Assembly: GCA_046759445.1 (NCBI GenBank)
Contig: JBHICG010000099.1
Coordinates: 1 to 10,271, forward strand
Source: Candidatus Scalinduaceae bacterium
Lineage (GTDB): Bacteria > Planctomycetota > Brocadiia > Brocadiales > Scalinduaceae
Reading direction: 5' to 3'
Length of the DNA stretch: 10,271 nucleotides
Notes under the pieces: model-generated
The model's input: only the letters and a program-made list of their open reading frames with translations
Told to the model about the DNA's origin: nothing
Databases searched by the model: none
Position numbers and translations under genes: made by a program
Shown: positions 1 to 7,343 of the stretch, in pieces
How positions within the stretch are numbered: the first letter of the stretch is position 1
Layout: each line of letters begins with the position of its first letter

Positions 1-2
1 AT

Positions 3-1865
3 GTAGAACATACAAACATGATTCTTAATTTTGGTTGTAATTTTTTTGAAACTCACACGTCACATATTCAACTTGCACAAAGGGCTATCAATGCAATGAC
101 CGAACGTGGAGTTAAATTGTATACCTTTGATGTAAGACTCTCCAATACCGCCGCTAAATCAACTGAATGGATTCCCATTAAACCCGGATCTGATTTAGCT
201 GTGGCCTTAGCTATGTGTAATGTAATTATGAGCAATAATTTATATGACCATGATTTTATTGAAAACTGGACTACAGTTACTGTTGAGCAACTAAAAGCAC
301 ATCTTAAACGGTATACGCCTGAGTGGGCAGAGCAATTAAGTGGGGTTCCTGCATCCAAAATCGAGTCACTTGCAATCGAATTTGCTAATGCCAGACCCGG
401 TACATGCATTTCTTACAGAGGGCCTGTAGCTCACTATAACGGAGTTGAAGCAGAACGCGCTTTTAAGATGCTTGATGCCATATGCGGATATATTGACGTT
501 AAAGGCGGAACCTGCCACGGTGTGGGAGCCAAGTGGAAGTATCCCAAGGTCAAGGCTGATAAGAAACCCAAAAAATTAAATATAATAGACGGCTTTCCCG
601 GTGATGCCGCCTTCCCCAATCACCACGTAAGTCACCAGGTATTAAAAATGATCAAAGATGGCCGCTTTGGAAGACCGGAAATTTATATGGTCTATTGTTA
701 TCAACCCGTTTACGTAAATGGAGAATGTGAAGAGAATATTCAAATATTAAAGGATGAAACATTGGTTCCATTTCTTGTCACTGTATCTCCTTTTTATGGT
801 GAAACGGAGTCTTTGGCCGACTTAATACTTCCCGACGTAACTTACCTTGAAAGATCTTCCTGGGACGATATGGTTTCCTACGATATGATACCTGAATTTT
901 ACCTTCGTCAACCTGCCGTAAAGCCTTTCGGCGAGGCACGACAGTTCCAGGATGTTGCTATTGATCTGGCTAAAAGGCTGGGACTCAATCTTCCATTTAA
1001 TTCTACTGAAGATTTTATCAAAAAATCATGTGAGAAAAGCCACGTAGATTATGAATACTTAAAAAAACATGGTGTCTGGCATGACCCGGATGAAAAACCC
1101 CATTACCTGTCATACACCAAAGTTTTAAATATAGATGATTATGTTGGAGATGATATCCTCTTTGACAGCAGGACCGGTGTTTACTGGAATTGGAAAAAGT
1201 CAAAGGCAAAAAGCAAAAATGAAGCTATATCAAAAGGATACACGGATACAAAAAATGCGTACAAAGGATATATTGGACAAAGGATTGGGTATAAGGTTTA
1301 TGCCGGATTTAAGCCTGATAAGGTAAACAAATCCGGTAAGTTTGAGATTTATTCTGAATTATTAAAGAAAAAAGGGTTTAATCCCATGCCTACCTGGTTT
1401 CCGGTACCTGACATTGAAAATAAAAAAGACGATGAATTGATTCTTTCATCTTTTAAGGTAAACGTGCACACCCACTCCCGGACAGCCAACAATAAGTGGT
1501 TGTCTGAAATTTATCATGATAATTCAGCATTGATTAATCCCATAACTGCCGGAAAAAGAGGGATTAAGAATGGTGACAGGATTAAGATTAAGTCAGCTGT
1601 TGGTGAAGTCATAATGAAGGCCAGGGTTTCCGAAGGTGTCGTGTCAGATTTAATAGCCATTTCTTTTCACCTTGGGCACTGGCAGTACGGCCGATTTGCC
1701 TCAGGGAAGAAATCACCTTTCGGCGCTGATAATGATGGCGATTTGAAATTAAAATGGTGGTCTGAACATGGAGTAAACCCCAACTGGCTTATCCGCAACA
1801 GGCCTGATCGCATTGGCGGCCAATGGTTAATGAATGATGAAATAGTTACGGTTACGAAGGTATAA
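3..1865 (+). CDS. Molybdopterin (bis-MGD) oxidoreductase catalytic subunit, DMSO reductase family, PsrA/TtrA/ArrA-like; 5'-partial
   Basis: Frame is open from the window edge (VEHTNMILNFG...), so the true start lies upstream. Motifs: DVRLSNTAAKSTEWIPIKPGSDLAVALA, YTPEWAEQLSGVPA, ETESLADLILPDVTYLE, C-terminal dinucleotide-binding domain HTHSRTANNKWL...INPITAGKRGIKNGDRI...GHWQYG. Followed by a TorD-like chaperone. Substrate cannot be assigned. Confidence 0.92.
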   Translation, partial: VEHTNMILNFGCNFFETHTSHIQLAQRAINAMTERGVKLYTFDVRLSNTAAKSTEWIPIKPGSDLAVALAMCNVIMSNNLYDHDFIENWTTVTVEQLKAHLKRYTPEWAEQLSGVPASKIESLAIEFANARPGTCISYRGPVAHYNGVEAERAFKMLDAICGYIDVKGGTCHGVGAKWKYPKVKADKKPKKLNIIDGFPGDAAFPNHHVSHQVLKMIKDGRFGRPEIYMVYCYQPVYVNGECEENIQILKDETLVPFLVTVSPFYGETESLADLILPDVTYLERSSWDDMVSYDMIPEFYLRQPAVKPFGEARQFQDVAIDLAKRLGLNLPFNSTEDFIKKSCEKSHVDYEYLKKHGVWHDPDEKPHYLSYTKVLNIDDYVGDDILFDSRTGVYWNWKKSKAKSKNEAISKGYTDTKNAYKGYIGQRIGYKVYAGFKPDKVNKSGKFEIYSELLKKKGFNPMPTWFPVPDIENKKDDELILSSFKVNVHTHSRTANNKWLSEIYHDNSALINPITAGKRGIKNGDRIKIKSAVGEVIMKARVSEGVVSDLIAISFHLGHWQYGRFASGKKSPFGADNDGDLKLKWWSEHGVNPNWLIRNRPDRIGGQWLMNDEIVTVTKV

Positions 1866-1897
1866 ACATAATCTGCAGTAAATGTGCATAGAGCAAA

Positions 1898-2548
1898 ATG
1901 ATAATGAAGATGGACGAAACAACCGAGTATAGAAGTAATTCCTATGGATTCCTATCCATTGTCTATCTGCAAGAACCAACCAGGGAATTTATTAAATCAC
2001 TTAGAGAGTCAAACATTTTAGATGTTCTGAACAAATCAGGCTTGCATTTTGATGAACAAACTACGAATGATGTTAGTGATAAATTTCTTAATGATTTAGT
2101 ATTGGAATATACTCGTTTATTTATCGGGCCGGGTAAACATATTTCACCCTATGAGTCGGTATACAGAGATAATGAGGATGCCCTTTGGACTGAGACAACC
2201 GTAGAAGTCAAAAATTTCATTGAATCATTAGGGTTGGAATATTCTTATGACTGGTCAGGATTACCTGACCACATAGGAGTTGAACTTGAGCTTATGCAAA
2301 GGCTTACGTGTCGCGAAAAAGAGGCATGGTCACAGGAAGACAAAGAGACTGCCATTCGTTGCCTGGAATTTGAGAAAAAATTTATCGATGAACACCTTAG
2401 TCAATGGGTGCCCATTTTTTGTGATAAAGTGACGAAAGAATCACGGGTTACCTTTTATGGGGAAATGGCTGAATTAACCAAACAATTTATTGATTTCGAT
2501 AGCAAACTGATTGACAAGAACCTGGCTATAATTACAACGCAATCATAA
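1898..2548 (+). CDS. TorD/DmsD-family redox enzyme maturation chaperone
   Basis: EYTRLFIGPG, PYESVY, LPDHIGVELE and HLSQWVP motifs; 32 nt downstream of the molybdoenzyme. Exact start uncertain (ATG ATA ATG AAG ATG). Confidence 0.93.
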   Translation: MIMKMDETTEYRSNSYGFLSIVYLQEPTREFIKSLRESNILDVLNKSGLHFDEQTTNDVSDKFLNDLVLEYTRLFIGPGKHISPYESVYRDNEDALWTETTVEVKNFIESLGLEYSYDWSGLPDHIGVELELMQRLTCREKEAWSQEDKETAIRCLEFEKKFIDEHLSQWVPIFCDKVTKESRVTFYGEMAELTKQFIDFDSKLIDKNLAIITTQS

Positions 2549-2582
2549 AGCTATTTTCCAGAGCTAAGATTTTTTAACCATA

Positions 2583-2646
2583 GAGCACGGCTATTTTGTG
2601 AAGCAAAATAGCTTAAGCAATTTTATCCTATAAAATTGCCGAGCAC
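2583..2646. repeat. 52-bp double-hairpin/imperfect palindrome flanked by GAGCAC direct repeats; possible terminator or miniature element
   Basis: Hairpin 1 GCTATTTTG(2590-2598)/CAAAATAGC(2604-2612); hairpin 2 GCAATTTTAT(2617-2626)/ATAAAATTGC(2630-2639); 2589-2640 centred on GCTTAAGC; GAGCAC at 2583-2588 and 2641-2646. Confidence 0.75.
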
Positions 2647-3081
2647 AGAAAAAGATAAAAACAAATGGATTGAATCATTTGTGAATATGATTATGTCTGA
2701 TCTTAGATCAGGGGTTTGACCCTCATTTCCCGCCTGCCGTATCGGAAAATAAATGCAAAATCCGAAAAATTTGTTATTGGTATTAAAGGACTTATGACTC
2801 GATAATCTGCCAAAATACCCATTCTCGGACAGCCTGATTAGGTTTAACCCTAATAACATAACTAATTTATTTTATATGCTTAAAGTCCTTCTTCAAAAAA
2901 ACACCCTGCTGATGTAGGGGATATTTTAATGCGAAGGGACGAAAAGCGAAATCCCTTCCCCTAGGCCATCGTAAAATAAAACAAAATACCATTAAAATAT
3001 AACTGTACATTATCTTTACAATGGTATATATTTATTCTGATATTTTGTTATTTAAAAAATCATTTCTTAGGGGAATAAAAA

Positions 3082-3471
3082 ATGAATACAGACATCTTAG
3101 CTATTTTTATAATGTTAATTATAACTGGTATTGTAATTACAGCATGGCGTATTCGGGCTACAAGGGATGAAAGCAACGAAGGATTAAAGGAACCACCTGT
3201 ACTTTCAGAAAGAGCCAAAAAAAGTCAAATGCAAATCTCTATAGAAAGAGTCGAAGAAAAACAAGTACAGATTTCTAAAGCACTTGATCATATTTTAGAA
3301 ACAATTTCTATAGAAAGAGTCGAAAAGAAACAAGTGGAGATTTCTAAAACACTTGATCATATTTTAAAAACAATTTCAAAGGAAGATAAACCAAAGGCCG
3401 TAAAAAGGAAAACTCAAAAAACAACAAAAACCGCAAAAACTACCAGTAAACAAAGTGCTAAGAAAGTATAA
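3082..3471 (+). CDS. Hypothetical single-pass membrane protein with 23-aa tandem duplication and Lys/Thr-rich tail
   Basis: AGGGG RBS upstream; hydrophobic N-terminus ILAIFIMLIITGIVITAW; in-frame repeat; basic C-terminus KRKTQKTTKTAKTTSKQSAKKV. Confidence 0.75.
   Translation: MNTDILAIFIMLIITGIVITAWRIRATRDESNEGLKEPPVLSERAKKSQMQISIERVEEKQVQISKALDHILETISIERVEKKQVEISKTLDHILKTISKEDKPKAVKRKTQKTTKTAKTTSKQSAKKV
3235..3372 (+). repeat. Two tandem 69-bp in-frame repeats
   Basis: Units start at 3235 and 3304 (ISIERVEEKQVQISKALDHILET / ISIERVEKKQVEISKTLDHILKT); a third IS begins at 3373. Confidence 0.95.
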
Positions 3472-3943
3472 AAAAGGTAAGATAAAATGACTTGCTATTT
3501 GGGGATTTTGCTAATTGTGACATTTTCCCCAAAAGGCCAAAAGCAAGGGTTAGTTCTCACGACAAATTCCTATCCAGCCATTTACCAATCCTGGCATTTT
3601 GGCTGAATGATCACTAATAATCCGGATAAAATTATTGGACTCTGGAAAGGCGTTTCAAGAGAAGACATAGATACTATTTCTTTGGAATAGGATTAGCAGT
3701 GTCCAGCTTCAAAAATATTTAACCACGGAATTACATAAAGCAAGAAACGCGAATAAATAGATTTTACCCGACGTGCTTTTTGGCGGGTCTGTTCCTAATT
3801 AATGGAAATGATTAAATCACAAATCAAGGTGACCCACCATTTTCTCCATTAAGGATCAAGCATCTATATCTATATCAAAGATAGACATGATGGATTGAAG
3901 TATTTGTCCCACCTCACCAAAGGTTAGACCATGTGTGAAATGC

Positions 3944-5788
3944 TCATTCCAAAGTTTTGAAATAAATTGGGGTTAGAAATCCCAGTAGAGTGGAAATGCC
4001 GACAATAGAGCCTCCTTTAAAATAAGCTTCCGGCAGCATGGTTTCAGCAATCATAGTCAGCATCGCACCTGCAGCAATTCCTTCAATTAATGAAAAGAGC
4101 ATTTCGGGGGCTTCAGCAAAAAACATATTTCCCAATGCTGCTCCAATACCGGTAAAAAGCATCAGAGAAGTCCACATTATCAAAACCCGTTTAAAGGACA
4201 TGCCCTGCTGTCGCATTCCCACTGAACTTGATAATGCCTCGGGATAATTGGAAAGAAATAATCCTGCTATTAATGAAAGGCTGATATGACTTGAATGGAT
4301 CATATAAGCTCCGATTACTAACGACTCCGGTATACCATCCAGAAAGATGCCAAGCCAAATGGCAGCAGGTGCACCGGTATTCTCCTTGCAAACTTGTACC
4401 ATCTCTTTAGCAGAGGGAATGTGCTTTCCATGCTCCATACTTTTGACCGCCCTTTGTGTCCACTGAGCGGCCTGGTTGGTATCGAAATGTTGTTTCAGGG
4501 TTAAATAGCCTGAAACCTCTTCCTGTTTAATATAGTCCTCGACTGCACGTGCAAACTGAGGAGCGGTTTCGAGTAAGCGCTCAAAATCCTGCTTCCGTAA
4601 AACCCACACCGTTGAGTCTTCGGCTGCTACCGCTGTCATTGTGTGCTGTGCCCCTGTTAAGAAAGACATGACTCCAAAAGCATCATAATCGGATAAGGTC
4701 GTGAACATCCTCATTTTATTTTCATGGTCGATCAATGATACTTCCCCATGATCAACAATGTACAACCTTTCTGCCGGTTCATGTTCATAAAAGAAGGTGT
4801 ACCCTTTTTGATGGTGTTTGCGAAAGAATAATGATGCAATTTCGTTGACTTCTTCTGATGGTAATTTTTGAAAAATAGGCACGCGTTTGATTTGTTCTAA
4901 TTTTTGCTTAAACTCCATTTCGGTTAGCTGTCCGTCTTTTTGAGACAGACCTTCACCACGGTAGTGTTGAATCATTCTATTTATCCATTCTTCCGAACTC
5001 TCCGGAGACATGCCTTGACGTTCATTCAAATATTTAGCAACTTCATCTCCTTTTAATAATTCCCGTAACTTTTCAGCAAGGTGGGGTGTATGTTGAATGA
5101 GTATTTCAAAGTTCTTTTTCGGTATAAGCCAGATACTGGCATTCGTGGTTGCAACAGCTACTGTGGCATGAGGACAACCAGTAAAAAAGGCCATGCGCGC
5201 AAAAACATCGTTTTTTCCCAAATTGGAAAAGGGTCTCATATCCTCCTTAGGATCTAAAAGATCTATTTTACCGTTTTCAATAATATATAAATATTTACAG
5301 GAATCATTCTTTTGATAAAGTGTTGTTCCTTTGGGATATTCCTGCCTGATGAAACAAGATGTTAATTCTTCAACTTCTTCCCCTGGAAGATCGTTGAATA
5401 AATCTATACGTCGTACATGAGAAAGAATTCGCTTGAAACGTTTTCTGCCTTTCCGGCGAATGTAGTATACGGTTGTGGAGGCTTTTCGTAAGAATCCTCC
5501 ATAGTCATTGATGATATGGTTTAAGCCAATGAAAAGAAAACTTCCAACAATACAACCTACTGCCAGGATATGAAAATGACCTTTTTTAAGGGCAGATCCA
5601 ACTAAATCAATCGTTAATGCCGCTAACAGTGCTCCACCTCCAAAAGCCATTAAAAATGCCATAGCTCGATCTCCGGGTTTCCAAAATGCTGAAGTAATGG
5701 TACCCAGCGGTAGAGAAAAAGCGCTGATCAGGCCTATAATAAATGCTACGAGGATATGTGGTTCTATTATATTCCTTAGTATGTCCAT
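3944..5788 (-). CDS. ZIP (ZupT/GufA-like) metal transporter with two cNMP-binding-like domains inserted in the TM3-TM4 loop
   Basis: N-terminal three TMs with MAFGGGALLAALTIDL; C-terminal five TMs with LDGIPES, SNYPE, AAGAML...ETMLPEA; two CNBD repeats (LFNDLP..YPKG..LYIIENG and IFQKLP..QKG..LYIVDHG). Confidence 0.88.
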   Translation of the reverse strand: MDILRNIIEPHILVAFIIGLISAFSLPLGTITSAFWKPGDRAMAFLMAFGGGALLAALTIDLVGSALKKGHFHILAVGCIVGSFLFIGLNHIINDYGGFLRKASTTVYYIRRKGRKRFKRILSHVRRIDLFNDLPGEEVEELTSCFIRQEYPKGTTLYQKNDSCKYLYIIENGKIDLLDPKEDMRPFSNLGKNDVFARMAFFTGCPHATVAVATTNASIWLIPKKNFEILIQHTPHLAEKLRELLKGDEVAKYLNERQGMSPESSEEWINRMIQHYRGEGLSQKDGQLTEMEFKQKLEQIKRVPIFQKLPSEEVNEIASLFFRKHHQKGYTFFYEHEPAERLYIVDHGEVSLIDHENKMRMFTTLSDYDAFGVMSFLTGAQHTMTAVAAEDSTVWVLRKQDFERLLETAPQFARAVEDYIKQEEVSGYLTLKQHFDTNQAAQWTQRAVKSMEHGKHIPSAKEMVQVCKENTGAPAAIWLGIFLDGIPESLVIGAYMIHSSHISLSLIAGLFLSNYPEALSSSVGMRQQGMSFKRVLIMWTSLMLFTGIGAALGNMFFAEAPEMLFSLIEGIAAGAMLTMIAETMLPEAYFKGGSIVGISTLLGFLTPIYFKTLE

Positions 5789-5822
5789 TTTCAGGGTAAC
5801 TTAATTTCTGTTGAGGACAATA

Positions 5823-5844
5823 TTCACCGTAGTGGGTGCAGAGA
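5823..5844 (+). repeat. Degenerate ACCGCAGAG-type intergenic repeat
   Basis: TTCACCGTAGTGGGTGCAGAGA aligns without gaps to TTTACCGCAGAGCTCGCAGAGT (9719) and with one gap to TTCACCGCAGAGACGCAGAGA (9798). Confidence 0.5.
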
Positions 5845-5856
5845 TTTTCAATTAAA

Positions 5857-5885
5857 AGGATATCTCTTTACCCATTTTAAAGCAA
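5857..5885 (-). promoter_or_regulatory. Putative sigma70 promoter of the ZIP-CNBD gene
   Basis: Minus strand TTGCTT(5885-5880)-17 bp-TATCCT(5862-5857), about 70 nt upstream of the ATG. Confidence 0.55.
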
Positions 5886-5888
5886 GGG

Positions 5889-5902
5889 TTGATTTGTATC
5901 AA
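5889..5902. promoter_or_regulatory. FNR/CRP-family binding box
   Basis: TTGAT-TTGT-ATCAA is an exact match to the FNR consensus TTGAT-N4-ATCAA, immediately upstream of the -35 element. Confidence 0.65.
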
Positions 5903-5976
5903 AGGTGTGGCTCTGACCATTGGTCAGGCATAAGTATATATCTGATCCCAATTTTCTTCTTAGAACAAATGGCCAC

Positions 5977-6208
5977 CTAAAGATTATTCCACTCTTCAAG
6001 AGAGATTTTCTTATTTGTTCCATGTTTAATCTCATTGAGAAGCATCTTTATCTGTGGGACAGAATATTCTTTATTATTTGGGAGTGTGAGCGTATATGTA
6101 GCATAACGCATATAGAAATGACGTCCTCCAGGTTCAGGCGGTTGAAAACCAAGTTTCTTTAGTTTTTTTTATGAATTCTCTTCGCTTACATGGCTTCCAT
6201 TTACCCAT
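5977..6208 (-). pseudogene. hicA: HicA-family toxin, frameshifted (+1) in an A8 tract
   Basis: ATG at 6208 overlaps the hicB stop (ATGGGTAA). Removing one A from 6163-6170 gives 76 aa MGKWKPCKRREFIKKLKKLGFQPPEPGGRHFYMRYATYTLTLPNNKEYSVPQIKMLLNEIKHGTNKKISLEEWNNL* with HicA LGF...GxxH motifs; as sequenced it stops after 24 aa. Confidence 0.85.
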
Positions 6209-6464
6209 GAATGATCGCCTCTTTAGGAACAGGCATTTTTTTATTCAGATTAATCCTGCCTATTACTGGCAATTTATCACCATGTCTAATTTTTATGATC
6301 AACCATCCCTCAAGAGCGAATTTCAATTCTTGCTGGCATTGTGATAACGTTTCTCCAAAAGCGATAATACCTGGACATTGCGTAATCTTTCCAGAAAAAC
6401 TACCATCTTCTAACTTATCATAAACTGCTTTACTCATTGCTTTATTAATGTATTGTGTAAGCAT
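6201..6464 (-). CDS. hicB: HicB-family antitoxin (short form, no DNA-binding domain)
   Basis: MLTQYINKAM...LEDGSFSGKITQCPGIIAFGETLSQCQQELKFALEGW...LPVI; AAGGAGG RBS at 6471-6477; adjacent hicA. Confidence 0.88.
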   Translation of the reverse strand: MLTQYINKAMSKAVYDKLEDGSFSGKITQCPGIIAFGETLSQCQQELKFALEGWLIIKIRHGDKLPVIGRINLNKKMPVPKEAIIHG

Positions 6465-6470
6465 ATTTAA

Positions 6471-6522
6471 CCTCCTTATGGAAAAGTAATAGTATTATAC
6501 AAACAATGGAATATTATTCTAA
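6471..6522 (-). promoter_or_regulatory. Putative promoter and RBS of hicB-hicA
   Basis: TATAAT at 6499-6494 with weak -35 TTAGAA 17 bp upstream; AAGGAGG at 6477-6471. Confidence 0.45.
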
Positions 6523-6546
6523 GCATTTTTCTTATTCTCTTTTTCT

Positions 6547-6574
6547 AGCAAGGATTGATTTGTATTAAAGGTGT
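6547..6574 (+). repeat. 28-bp direct repeat (other copy at 5881-5908) containing an FNR-like box
   Basis: AGCAAGGATTGATTTGTATTAAAGGTGT vs AGCAAGGGTTGATTTGTATCAAAGGTGT, 26/28 identical; both followed by AGGCATA (6588, 5926). Confidence 0.85.
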
Positions 6575-6603
6575 TGTTAACAAAGATAGGCATAGTCTTT
6601 TTT

Positions 6604-7113
6604 TTAACGGGCGCTGCCCCTATTTTGTCCTACTGGAATAAAACCAGATTTTTTTCTCCAATGGTCTCCAATGAGCCATGCCATCACTTTATTAGGTTTT
6701 AAGATGCGATATGTCTCTCTTGCTACTTTGTCTAACCTCTCAAAAAAATCTTCTTTTTCACAGGATATCTTCCCTATACAATCTGGATGGTTAGAATATT
6801 TGACATTATCTGAGTATGGAGAATCTATAAAGACAAAATCAACAGAGTTGTCTTTTAAAGGGATTTTCCTTGCATCATTTTGAATAATATCATCTCTGTA
6901 CTGTGAAATATCATAACCTATCACTTTACGTCCTAATTCTTTTGCAACATCAATAGTTGTTCCGCTTCCGCACATAGGGTCAACAACTAAATCACCTGGC
7001 TTTGTATATCTCTGTAAGAGATTCCAGATAATAAGGGCAGGAGTTACACCGTTAAATTTATTATCGCCATGTGGTTTATTACCATAGTTTTAAATAGGAT
7101 AGTTACATAAACT
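6604..7113 (-). pseudogene. Small SAM-dependent amino-(N4C/N6A, Trm11-like) DNA methyltransferase, broken
   Basis: The listed 123-aa ORF starts inside motif I. The frame continues upstream (NYGNKPHGDNKFNGVTPALIIWNLLQRYTKPGDLVVDPMCGSG) to an in-frame TAA at 7092-7090 with no ATG in between. Motif IV is DSPY; the ORF ends shortly after RILKP..WLIGD. Confidence 0.8.
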
Positions 7114-7339
7114 ATTTTTTCGAATAGTAATCAACTCTGTCCCTAATCCAATTCCAGTTGGGTTTGCCGTGATCGAAAAAGGATTTAAAATTATCTTTGA
7201 GCCATTCGTAGTAATCATCCTCTGTGTATTCACAGAAAGTCTCGACAAGGACTTCCTCAGAAATATCTTTGGGTATTTCAATTCCAATGTCTTTAAATTT
7301 ATCCTCCAAAAACTCTCTTACAACTTCACGGTCTAGCAT
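7112..7339 (-). CDS. Small acidic, aromatic-rich hypothetical protein
   Basis: 75 aa; GGAGG RBS within the end of the upstream nuclease gene, 4-nt gap; about 20 D/E and 14 aromatic residues. Confidence 0.75.
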   Translation of the reverse strand: MLDREVVREFLEDKFKDIGIEIPKDISEEVLVETFCEYTEDDYYEWLKDNFKSFFDHGKPNWNWIRDRVDYYSKK

Positions 7340-7343
7340 CCTT

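Noticed and set aside
68..1326. ORFs 68-409, 434-619, 1018-1209 and 1135-1326
   Set aside because: Antisense or out-of-frame shadows of the molybdoenzyme gene, with no motifs.
2822..2835. TTCTCGGACAGCCT, reminiscent of an IS terminal inverted repeat
   Set aside because: No partner end and no transposase in the window.
2623..2859. 78-aa minus-strand ORF
   Set aside because: Runs across palindromes and repeats; no recognisable domain or RBS.
2909..2945. CTGATGT...GGACGAAA, hammerhead-like
   Set aside because: The core requires CUGAnGA, and no stem II joins the two parts.
3488..3800. Two tiny ORFs (39 and 27 aa), TTTGGGGA/TCCCCAAA dyad (3498-3533) and ACCCG/CGGGT stem (3766-3788)
   Set aside because: No coding evidence; the stems are long-looped or mismatched and not convincing terminators.
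4038..4391. ORFs 4038-4247 and 4191-4391 (the latter has CTCCH)
   Set aside because: Overlap the ZIP gene; the heme-like motif is in an alternative frame with no export signal.
5920..6883. Plus-strand ORFs 5920-6162, 6211-6423 and 6671-6883
   Set aside because: Antisense to hicA, hicB and the methyltransferase remnant.
7090..7287. 65-aa minus-strand ORF
   Set aside because: Alternative frame of the 75-aa gene; only its last codons belong to the decayed methyltransferase N-terminus.
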